The notes under the pieces are model-generated. The model ran no database searches, was not told where the DNA came from, and saw nothing but the letters and a program-made list of their open reading frames with translations. The position numbers and the translations under genes are program-made. DNA of 64,000 nt from an uncultured Candidatus Saccharibacteria bacterium. Its GTDB lineage: Bacteria > Patescibacteriota > Minisyncoccia > Phycocordibacterales > Phycocordibacteraceae. Below are positions 56,778 to 64,000 of this stretch, in pieces (positions within the stretch are counted from its first letter, which is position 1; the number at the start of each line of letters is the position of its first letter). The stretch covers positions 8,286-72,285 of the forward strand of contig CAYOCH010000001.1 in NCBI GenBank assembly GCA_964402535.1, in the 5' to 3' direction.

Positions 56778-56835
56778 AGATAGCTAGATAGCGGGCTCTT
56801 TCCGCTACCCATCAACTCACAGAAGGAGAAGTCCA

Positions 56836-58008
56836 ATGTTAGACACCGTGCTTTCGTGGATGATCATCGTGCTTTTTGGCATGATGGCCGTCTGTATCCC
56901 CTTCTTCCTGCAGCAACTCGGCGAAGCCAGCATTCTCTTCACTACCGTGAAAGAAGGTACGGCTAAGGCGATTGTTCGCGGAAAATCCTTCGAACGATTC
57001 ATCATGTCATTCGAGGGCCGTCACCTGAATGACCCCGGGAAACCCTGGTTCGACGCTCGCCTGACGAAATGGGAGGTGGTTTACCACGGCGATATTCGGG
57101 GAGAGCTTGGGAAGGATGCGCATTACGACAATCGCTGGTGGCCGACTCGCTCACTCGGTCTGTATTGGATCGGATGGCCGTGGTCACATAGCGTCTATGT
57201 CTACGCGTTCGAATGGAATGAAACGGCGACGGATCGCGAAGGCAAACAGGTCATACGTCCTCGTGCAGAAGCTACCGACTACGTCGTTATCGGCGACTTC
57301 ACGTATGCAATCAAGACCGATGCCGCTGAAACAGCGGATCGCCTGCCGACCGACGAGCTCACGCTAGTCACGGTAGCGATTCAGAACCCGTATCGCGCCC
57401 TGTTCAACGGCGAAGACTGGATGCGCCGTACCACGTCTGCAATCAACCGACTGATCCGTGATATTGTCGGAAGGAAGACATTCGCTGAACTCATATCTTC
57501 TGATCTCGGGTCATTTTCTGGAGATATAGCTCGTCTGAGCAGAGAATTGCCCGGGGATGATCCGCAATCTAAACAAGGCGGACTCGAGGGGCGTTACGGC
57601 GTAGAAATACGCACAGCGGATCTGCAGACTGTCACCCTCACGGGGAAAGCTCAGGAGCGGAACGAGGAAGCGGCCGCGAAACAATACGTCGCCACTCAGG
57701 ATGCCTTAGCAGCAAGTATCAAAGGGAAAGCAGAAGCGGACGTCGCTCGGATGAAAGGTGAACAAGAAGCTGTGGTTATCGCACTGAAAGGTGCGAGAGA
57801 AGCCGAGGCGCTTGATAAACGCCTCGAAGTCATTAAGCGCCATGGCAAAGTCGCGGTTCAACTTGCCGGCTACGATGCATTGCAGGAGTCGGCAAAAGGT
57901 GCCGGCAGCACGATCATCTGGGCTAACGACCCACTTGGTCCGCTTGCCAGCCTGTTCCCGCACGGTCACCGCCAGCAAACTCAACAGAAAGGAGCCAAAC
58001 AAGCATGA
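56836..58008 (+). CDS. SPFH/Band-7-like membrane protein
   Basis: N-terminal TM, VKEGTAKAIVRG, RYGVEIRTADLQTV, Ala/Glu-rich AEA coiled coil. Confidence 0.65.
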   Translation: MLDTVLSWMIIVLFGMMAVCIPFFLQQLGEASILFTTVKEGTAKAIVRGKSFERFIMSFEGRHLNDPGKPWFDARLTKWEVVYHGDIRGELGKDAHYDNRWWPTRSLGLYWIGWPWSHSVYVYAFEWNETATDREGKQVIRPRAEATDYVVIGDFTYAIKTDAAETADRLPTDELTLVTVAIQNPYRALFNGEDWMRRTTSAINRLIRDIVGRKTFAELISSDLGSFSGDIARLSRELPGDDPQSKQGGLEGRYGVEIRTADLQTVTLTGKAQERNEEAAAKQYVATQDALAASIKGKAEADVARMKGEQEAVVIALKGAREAEALDKRLEVIKRHGKVAVQLAGYDALQESAKGAGSTIIWANDPLGPLASLFPHGHRQQTQQKGAKQA

Positions 58009-58838
58009 CTACTGAAGATGTATGGATCAAGATAGGCTTCATATTCGCTCTTGCGGTCTGCTGTGCTGGAATGCTCGTCGTGACGATGTTCCTACGTAGC
58101 GGCGGGGCACACGCCGGCAAGATGGCACGCAAGCAAGCCAATGAAGATGCGATGCGCGACCAGAAACCGCGTACTGAGCCTGAGCCAACGACAAGGCAGA
58201 AAAAGAGGTACGAGTGGTTCAAATGGATCACTTCGTACTTCCCGATTCTCGCCCTCGCAGTCGCTACAACATTCCTCGCGTACTACTGGCTGACGGCTGA
58301 TTCGCCATCAATTAACGCAGTATGGACGGCAGTCAGGAGAAATGGTCTCTGGATAATTCTCGGGCTCTCTGTCTTATGGCTCACGCCTATTTTTCTTCCA
58401 GCAGAAGAGGACGAGAAGAGCGAAAAGCGCCGAAAGGAACGCGCTAGCGAGGCACGAAACATCGCGTACGGACTCGCAGCTGCAATGTTCATCGTCCTGC
58501 CGATCGTGAACTTCTTCTGGGGTGAGACGTCAGCGGCGGCGAAGTCGGAGGCGCAATTGCCCTCGGCGAAGCTGCCCTTGGCGAGCGAGCCGCAGTCTAA
58601 GTGGCCGAAGCTGGCCATCCCTGCCGGAGGGGAGTCCGAGAGGATCCCCCTCCCCGTCGGCGGCATGCACGTGTCGGTCGCCGGCTGGAACATCAAGGTG
58701 CACAACGTCTTCAGCAATGGGACGGAATGCATCTCCGGTGCGGCTGGGTGCGGAGACGGGGACATCGTCTCTGTCTATGTGACCTCCGACTCAAGAGAGC
58801 CGATGGTAGTCGCATACGCATACGAACCCAAGAAGTGA
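58005..58838 (+). CDS. Hypothetical 4-TM membrane protein with C-terminal soluble domain
   Basis: ATGA overlap with the SPFH-like gene. Confidence 0.7.
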   Translation: MTTEDVWIKIGFIFALAVCCAGMLVVTMFLRSGGAHAGKMARKQANEDAMRDQKPRTEPEPTTRQKKRYEWFKWITSYFPILALAVATTFLAYYWLTADSPSINAVWTAVRRNGLWIILGLSVLWLTPIFLPAEEDEKSEKRRKERASEARNIAYGLAAAMFIVLPIVNFFWGETSAAAKSEAQLPSAKLPLASEPQSKWPKLAIPAGGESERIPLPVGGMHVSVAGWNIKVHNVFSNGTECISGAAGCGDGDIVSVYVTSDSREPMVVAYAYEPKK

Positions 58839-58854
58839 GTTAGCAGCACCTTGC

Positions 58855-58891
58855 AAAAAAAGGCCGCACGGATATTCCGGCGGCCTTTTTT
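58855..58891. terminator. Bidirectional terminator
   Basis: A7-GGCCGC...GCGGCC-T6 between convergent units. Confidence 0.8.
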
Positions 58892-58904
58892 CTTTTGCCT
58901 ACCC

Positions 58905-59189
58905 TTATGGCACCTGCGCAGACGTCGTTTGCTGATTGATCTTGTCGAGGTTGAAGGTGCCGAGCGCGATGTTGATGATCCCGTATGCGCCGAAGATGAT
59001 CACGAGACCGACGAGCCCCCACATGATCGCGCTCCTGCCCTCTTTGCGCTTCGTCTCGTCGCCCGCGTGTGCGATGAACTCGAACACGCCCCAGATGAAG
59101 ACGACGAACGCGCTCGCTGCGAGGAGCAGGATGACCGGATTGACGATCTGCGCGACGACCTTATCGAGAAAGTCGTTGAGCGCGGCCAT
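58905..59189 (-). CDS. TrbC/VirB2-like pilin paralog 6
   Basis: FVVFIWGV...GDETKRKEGRSAIMWGLVG. Confidence 0.78.
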   Translation of the reverse strand: MAALNDFLDKVVAQIVNPVILLLAASAFVVFIWGVFEFIAHAGDETKRKEGRSAIMWGLVGLVIIFGAYGIINIALGTFNLDKINQQTTSAQVP

Positions 59190-59192
59190 CTG

Positions 59193-59570
59193 TTACTGGC
59201 CGACCTGGACGCCCGCCTTCGGCGTGCCGCCCGTGACGCCGGAGTTGTTGCCGAAGGTCACCGTGCCCGTGAGGATGTTGACCAGGCCCCAGATCGAGAC
59301 CATGACGAAGAAGCCGATCAAGCCCCAGAGCATGAGCCCCTTGCCCTTCTCCTTCACGTCTTCGTTGCCGGCGCCGATGATGAACGTCTCGAACACGCCG
59401 TAGAGGAAGACGATGAACGCGATCGCGAAGAGCACCGGCACGATGATGTTGTTGATCGTGTTGATGATGAACGTGCCGACGTCAGAGACGTTATTGATTG
59501 CGGCCATGGAGACCAAGGGCAGTGCGAGTGCTGCGACCGTTCCGGTAGTAAGGGCGAGGGCTTTTTTCAT
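59193..59570 (-). CDS. TrbC/VirB2-like pilin paralog 5 (candidate major subunit)
   Basis: Signal ending LPLVSMA; VPVLFAIAFIVFLYG...KGKGLMLWGLIG...SIWGLVN. Confidence 0.8.
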   Translation of the reverse strand: MKKALALTTGTVAALALPLVSMAAINNVSDVGTFIINTINNIIVPVLFAIAFIVFLYGVFETFIIGAGNEDVKEKGKGLMLWGLIGFFVMVSIWGLVNILTGTVTFGNNSGVTGGTPKAGVQVGQ

Positions 59571-59596
59571 AGGTTAGATAAATGAGTAACGGATTA

Positions 59597-59624
59597 ATTG
59601 TAGCGCCCGAGAGGGGCGGGTCAA
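59597..59624 (-). promoter_or_regulatory. Internal sigma70 promoter for pilin paralog 5
   Basis: TTGACC-16 nt-TACAAT. Confidence 0.6.
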
Positions 59625-59651
59625 TACGGCTGGTGGATGCGTGTGGATAGC

Positions 59652-60218
59652 CTAAATGCCAGAACCGGTGCTCACGGAACACTGCGCAACGTCAGACACG
59701 ACGCTACCGTCAGGACAATACACATTGTTTGTGACAGGTGCACTCGCACTGGTTTGAGATGCCCCAGTAGGCAACGTCGCACTGGTTTGTGTAGGTGGCG
59801 GAGGCGGGATCGAGGCGCCAGAACCGGTCTGCGACGCGGATTTGCCGATCGTCGGGAAGTCCGGCGCGTTGCCGCCAGGCCGCAGACCGAGCGTGGACAT
59901 GAAGAGGTTCACGAGCCCCCAGAGTGAGAGGATGACCACGAAGCCGATCACGCCCCAGAGCGTGAACTGACGTCCTGTCGAGCGGCTCGTTTCGTCATCT
60001 GCTCCCTTGATGAAGTAATTGTAGACACCCCAGATAAAGACGATGAAGGCGATCGCCATCACTACTGGCACCAAGACGAAGTTGATGAAGTAGATGATCT
60101 GGTCGGTGTAGGGCTTCTTGATCGCGTCGATGTTGATGCCTTGCTGCGCTGCTGCGGCAAACGGCAGAGCGAACGCTGCTGCAAGCGATGAGAGGCGGAG
60201 GAGTCTTTTCATGGTCAA
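59652..60218 (-). CDS. TrbC/VirB2-like pilin paralog 4 with Pro/Ser/Thr tail and CPDG...C motif
   Basis: VPVVMAIAFIVFIWGV...GRQFTLWGVIG...SLWGLVN. Confidence 0.78.
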   Translation of the reverse strand: MTMKRLLRLSSLAAAFALPFAAAAQQGINIDAIKKPYTDQIIYFINFVLVPVVMAIAFIVFIWGVYNYFIKGADDETSRSTGRQFTLWGVIGFVVILSLWGLVNLFMSTLGLRPGGNAPDFPTIGKSASQTGSGASIPPPPPTQTSATLPTGASQTSASAPVTNNVYCPDGSVVSDVAQCSVSTGSGI

Positions 60219-60225
60219 GATCAGA

Positions 60226-60693
60226 TTAGTAGTTCGGCGGCTGGATGTACGGCTGCGTCTGCCCTGTCCCCGTGGTCGGAGGTGGCGGTGGCGGCGTGCT
60301 CTGTCCGCTGCTGCCCGAAGGATTACCGGTACCGTAGACCGGAGCGACTGCCGGACCGAAGGGCGAGATCGAGGTCGGCGTCGGCGGCGCGTAGTAACCC
60401 GCGAGACCGAAGGTGTTCGCCACGACGTTCACGAGCCCCCAGATCGAGACCATGACTGCAAAGGCCACGAGCCCCCAGAGGATCAGGTGATGACCCTCCT
60501 TGACCTTTTCCGGATCACCGTAGGAGAAGATGTATGAGCGCGCGATCCCGTAGAGGAAGACGATGAACGCGACCGCGAAGAGGACAGGGACCAAGACCGA
60601 GTTTATGATATACAGGATATTCTGTGCCACGAGACAGATCGTATTCGCACAATAGTTCCCCACCGTAACGCCGAGGCCGAATGAGATATTCAT
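60226..60693 (-). CDS. TrbC/VirB2-like pilin paralog 3 with Pro-rich tail
   Basis: VPVLFAVAFIVFLYG...KEGHHLILWGLV...SIWGLVN. Confidence 0.78.
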   Translation of the reverse strand: MNISFGLGVTVGNYCANTICLVAQNILYIINSVLVPVLFAVAFIVFLYGIARSYIFSYGDPEKVKEGHHLILWGLVAFAVMVSIWGLVNVVANTFGLAGYYAPPTPTSISPFGPAVAPVYGTGNPSGSSGQSTPPPPPPTTGTGQTQPYIQPPNY

Positions 60694-60714
60694 ATGAATG
60701 CAGTATATAGCCGA

Positions 60715-60984
60715 CTATGCCTGGGGGGCGATGCCGAGCGTGGATAACATGATGTTCACGAATCCCCAGACGGAGAAGAGGACGATGAGCCCGATGATGC
60801 CCCAGAACATGAACTTGCGCCCCTCCTCTCGCTTGGTCTCGTCTCCGCCGTGGATGAACAGATAGTCGACGGCGCCCCAGACGAACGCCGCGAACGCGAG
60901 CGCGAAGATGACCGGGATGACGACAAGGTTGAAGAGGCCGATAATGCCGCTCGAGCCGCTCCCGACATATTGTGCGAAGGTCAT
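60715..60984 (-). CDS. TrbC/VirB2-like pilin paralog 2
   Basis: IPVIFALAFAAFVWG...DETKREEGRKFMFWGIIG; start at MTFAQ. Confidence 0.78.
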   Translation of the reverse strand: MTFAQYVGSGSSGIIGLFNLVVIPVIFALAFAAFVWGAVDYLFIHGGDETKREEGRKFMFWGIIGLIVLFSVWGFVNIMLSTLGIAPQA

Positions 60985-60985
60985 G

Positions 60986-61480
60986 CTAGCCGCCGAGCGC
61001 CTGGACGGTCGCCTGGATCGCCATCGCAATCGCCTGCGCGCCGAGGAGGACGAGCGCGCCGATGACTGTCCACAGGAGCATCGTGCGCGCCTCCGTGATC
61101 TTGCCTGGCTCGCCCTGCGCGGTCACGAACTTGAAGCCGACATAGACGACCATCAGGATCACGACGATCGTGCCGATGCGGATGATGAACTTGAGGATCT
61201 CGCCCAAGAACCCTTCGAGACTGTCGCCGCTCGTCAAGGGGTTCGTGAGAGTGACGCTCGAACCCTGTCCGGTCACCCTGTCACCCGAGTTCGTCACCGG
61301 AGCGGTCACGGAGGAGTCCCCCGAATTGACGACCGCCGCACAGACTTCTCCACCCGCATCGACGCACTGATTCGGATTCAATGTCCCTGGCGTGCAGTTC
61401 GTCGGGCACGTGAGCGCACGAGCGCTTGGTGCGACGACAAAGAGGGAGAGGACGAATGCGGCGACGATGAGAGTACGCAT
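60986..61480 (-). CDS. TrbC/VirB2-like pilin paralog 1
   Basis: LTNPL...VYVGFKFVTAQGEPGKITEARTMLLWTVIG. Confidence 0.8.
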   Translation of the reverse strand: MRTLIVAAFVLSLFVVAPSARALTCPTNCTPGTLNPNQCVDAGGEVCAAVVNSGDSSVTAPVTNSGDRVTGQGSSVTLTNPLTSGDSLEGFLGEILKFIIRIGTIVVILMVVYVGFKFVTAQGEPGKITEARTMLLWTVIGALVLLGAQAIAMAIQATVQALGG

Positions 61481-61481
61481 G

Positions 61482-62777
61482 TTATGGCTGTAAGAGTGCG
61501 GTGAGCGACCGCTCGGCTCCCGCGAGCGCGGCTTGCAGGTTCAAGCGGCCGCTGATCACATTCCCAATCATAGCCGAGAAGACAGCGTCGGTGTCTGCAG
61601 GCGCTGGGGATAGCCAGCCCTTCGCATAGAGCGCTTCAGAATAGGCGACGGCTGCCGTCGCGTCTGCGGGCGCCTGCGAGAGCTGCGAGAGAGAGGCCGG
61701 CGCAAGGCCGGTATTCGCGGCCGCAGTGGCCTGCGCCGCAGAGTTCGTGAGGTTGGCGGCCGCCTGGTAGGCGCCTGCAGAGTTCCTGGCTCCGCGCGGG
61801 AACATGAATGCATAGACAAGCCCGTATGTGCTCTTCCCATTCGCGGTCGCCGGCTGCGGCACCGGTACCATGTCCATATCGAGGTTCGGGTTGGCCGCGC
61901 GGATAAAGCGCGCCTCAGAGGCGTAGCCGAGGTAGAGCGCAAGGTCGCCCGAGAGGAACGCCTGCTGCGAGTCCGGCAGGGACGCATTCCACGTGTACGA
62001 GACCTTCGATGGATCAGTGAACTGGGTATAGAAGCCGACAACGGCCTGCCCTGCCTGCCCATCTGCCGAGCCGAGATTCGCGACCGGCACGCCCGCGGCC
62101 GAGTAGCCGGCCACCCCGACGCCGGTCTGGATAAAGAGCGTCGAGAGGATGCCGCGCGCGTCGTGCACATTGTCGTAGGTACCGAGCGCGATCAGCCCGC
62201 GCGAGACCTGGCGCGAGGCGGTGAGCTTGGCCGTGCGCGGCACGAGCCCCACCAAGGCCTCCCAGGTCGCGGGTGGCTGCGCGATCCCGCTCGACGAGAG
62301 GATTGCGCGGTTGGTGAAGAGTGCGATCGGGTCGATCAAGAACGGCACGCCGTAGTAGCCCTGGTTGCCAGGCGCGGCGAAGATATTCCCCCCTTCGACG
62401 AACGCGCTCTGAAAGGTGCGCGCCGAGAGGGTCGCAAGCGGGATCGGCGTGAGGAATTTGGCGAGCGGCTTCAAGAGCTCCTGCGAGGCGAGAATCGCGT
62501 CTGGCGCTGCGCCGGTCGCGATCGCCGAGGCGAGGTCAGAGGCGAGCGTCGCAGGGTCCTTCTGCACATAGGTGACCGCCTTCATCGTCTGATCAGTCTG
62601 CTGCGCAGCGTTCAGGGTCGCGGTCATCGCCGTGCCGGGGAGCGTGCCCCAGATAAGGACGGTGCCGACGGCGTTCGTCGAGCCCTTGTTAGAGTAGGTC
62701 GCAAAGGTGAAGAGGCCGATCACCGCAGCGAAGGCGAATACGCCGAAGAGGATGGTCTGGAAGAGGGATAATTTCAT
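61482..62777 (-). CDS. Extracellular solute-binding protein (family 1 fold), membrane anchored
   Basis: IWGT, APDAIL, YGVPFLIDPIALFTN, PPATW, AFLSGDLALY. Confidence 0.85.
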   Translation of the reverse strand: MKLSLFQTILFGVFAFAAVIGLFTFATYSNKGSTNAVGTVLIWGTLPGTAMTATLNAAQQTDQTMKAVTYVQKDPATLASDLASAIATGAAPDAILASQELLKPLAKFLTPIPLATLSARTFQSAFVEGGNIFAAPGNQGYYGVPFLIDPIALFTNRAILSSSGIAQPPATWEALVGLVPRTAKLTASRQVSRGLIALGTYDNVHDARGILSTLFIQTGVGVAGYSAAGVPVANLGSADGQAGQAVVGFYTQFTDPSKVSYTWNASLPDSQQAFLSGDLALYLGYASEARFIRAANPNLDMDMVPVPQPATANGKSTYGLVYAFMFPRGARNSAGAYQAAANLTNSAAQATAAANTGLAPASLSQLSQAPADATAAVAYSEALYAKGWLSPAPADTDAVFSAMIGNVISGRLNLQAALAGAERSLTALLQP

Positions 62778-63314
62778 TTAGGGTGCTGTGAAGATAATAC
62801 CGTAGTGATGCGGCCCGGCGCGGAACGACTTCTGCTTGTGGAAGCCGCCATTGATGAAAAAGGCCTCGGCGTCGCGCTCGGTCACCACCTTCTCAGGCGT
62901 GGGGCCCATGCCGCCGTAGCTCCCTGCCCAATCAACCACCATGAGCTTGCCGCCCTGCTTCAAGACGCGCTTGATCTCGTTCAAGAGCCCGTAGCGGTTC
63001 TCGACTTGGAAGAAGGTGTTCGCGAGCAGCACCGCGTCGAGCGAGGCGTCGCGCAGGTGCGAGCCGCCCGGCTTCTCGATGTCGCCCCAGATCGCGTCGA
63101 TCGTGTTCACGTGGTGCGCGTGGGTGTTGTGCTTCAAGTGCTTCAAGACGTCCTCTTGAATATCGACCGCATAGACACGCCCGTCACGCCCGACCACCGC
63201 TGCTGCTGCGCGAGAATAATGACCCGAGCCGGCGCCGAAGTCGCCGACCCGCATCCCCTCGCGCAGCCCGATCTGGAGCACGTTCTCGTGCGGAGAACTG
63301 AAATGCGCGCTCAT
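62778..63314 (-). CDS. Class I SAM-dependent methyltransferase
   Basis: VGDFGAGSG, VYAVDIQ, RVLKQGGKLMVVDW. Confidence 0.9.
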   Translation of the reverse strand: MSAHFSSPHENVLQIGLREGMRVGDFGAGSGHYSRAAAAVVGRDGRVYAVDIQEDVLKHLKHNTHAHHVNTIDAIWGDIEKPGGSHLRDASLDAVLLANTFFQVENRYGLLNEIKRVLKQGGKLMVVDWAGSYGGMGPTPEKVVTERDAEAFFINGGFHKQKSFRAGPHHYGIIFTAP

Positions 63315-63394
63315 GTCATAAAAATACCACGTGTCATCCGCTACCGAACGCGCAATCAACACTCGTTATCCGTATCTTCTCGATAGTCGACAAT

Positions 63395-63426
63395 CCACTA
63401 ATTATAACGGCCGTTAGAATTAGTGG
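63395..63426. repeat. 32-bp near-perfect palindrome abutting the PaaX/Cas2-like stop codon
   Basis: CCACTAATTATAACGG|CCGTTAGAATTAGTGG (15/16 pairs). Confidence 0.85.
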
Positions 63427-63999
63427 TTAATCCTCGATCGGTAGACCGAAATGCTGACGGAGCGGTTTGTCGTATTCAATCTTCTCAACGATCGCATACA
63501 ACACATCCTTCCCGACCCGCAGCTCAGATTTCAACAACGTAACGAACTCCTCGCAATCATACGGGAATGCCCACACGCTGGCCTGTAACTTTACGAATCC
63601 AACGTCACGCATTAGGTCGCGCAGACGAAATCGGACGGACTTGCGTCTCTCGGGGATATCAAAAATGACGAGCCGCCATCTCTTGTCCCATTTCCGCTTC
63701 TTTATCAATTGCGCTTTCTCCTTCTCGAACAGGAGCGCCGTGCGACCCTTGTCCGTGATGCGCAGAAACGTCTTGCCGTCTTCCTTAACCCATTCCGCTA
63801 ACCCTTTATAAACAAGCTTGCCTGCAGCAGTCTTCGCGTAATAGCGGAAACGGTTCAGGTCCTTCGGCTTCCCGAGCAGTTGAATCGCATTTCCAGCAAG
63901 CGCTCCGACCGTCACGATCGTGGCGAGGCCGAGCGTTATCAAGAGTGCTCGTTGAATATCGCCGCGTCGCCGAGCAGATCTCGCTTCTTGTTCCAGCTT
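63427..63999 (-). CDS. PaaX-like wHTH plus Cas2-like ferredoxin-fold protein (5' truncated)
   Basis: RITDKG wing; WDKRWRLVIFDIPE...R..LR...GF.KLQASVW; frame open to the window edge (KLEQEARSARRRGDIQRALL). Confidence 0.8.
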   Translation of the reverse strand, partial: KLEQEARSARRRGDIQRALLITLGLATIVTVGALAGNAIQLLGKPKDLNRFRYYAKTAAGKLVYKGLAEWVKEDGKTFLRITDKGRTALLFEKEKAQLIKKRKWDKRWRLVIFDIPERRKSVRFRLRDLMRDVGFVKLQASVWAFPYDCEEFVTLLKSELRVGKDVLYAIVEKIEYDKPLRQHFGLPIED

Positions 64000-64000
64000 A

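Noticed and set aside
59631-59650. DnaA-box-like TGTGGATAG as replication origin
   Set aside because: One imperfect box, with no cluster, AT-rich unwinding element or dnaA gene.
63427-63999. CRISPR-Cas locus
   Set aside because: No repeat-spacer array or other cas genes are visible; the Cas2-like fold is fused to a PaaX-type wHTH.

Overview
GC-rich bacterial chromosome segment read with the standard genetic code. Gene content and style (streamlined housekeeping genes, apparently leaderless starts, VirB2/TrbC-like pilin array, stand-alone VirD4-like ATPase, PaaX/Cas2-like gene, tRNA-adjacent LAGLIDADG gene) point to a Patescibacteria/CPR (Parcubacteria-like) genome; this is inference. It carries most of the atp operon, uvrB/uvrA/uvrC, ddl, tgt, dnaX, dus, serS, dprA, topA, relA/spoT, parB, ahpC, miaA, rpmG, clpB, an iscS-like gene, infB-rbfA, murI and 13 tRNAs. 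The most striking unexplained signal is a set of about ten short (29-56 bp) perfect or near-perfect palindromes sitting in frame in housekeeping genes (atpA, uvrC, uvrA, tgt, dus, ftsQ-like, topA, miaA and others). Several have a TCNGA centre, two are REPIN-like inverted doublets, and a related palindrome abuts a PaaX/Cas2-like gene. Other highlights: four terminator-bounded candidate ncRNAs, a divergent pair of identically spaced ECF-sigma promoter motifs, a pilin-lytic transglycosylase fusion, and AT-rich codon patches at highly conserved motifs of core genes. No database searches were run; protein calls rest on motif recognition.
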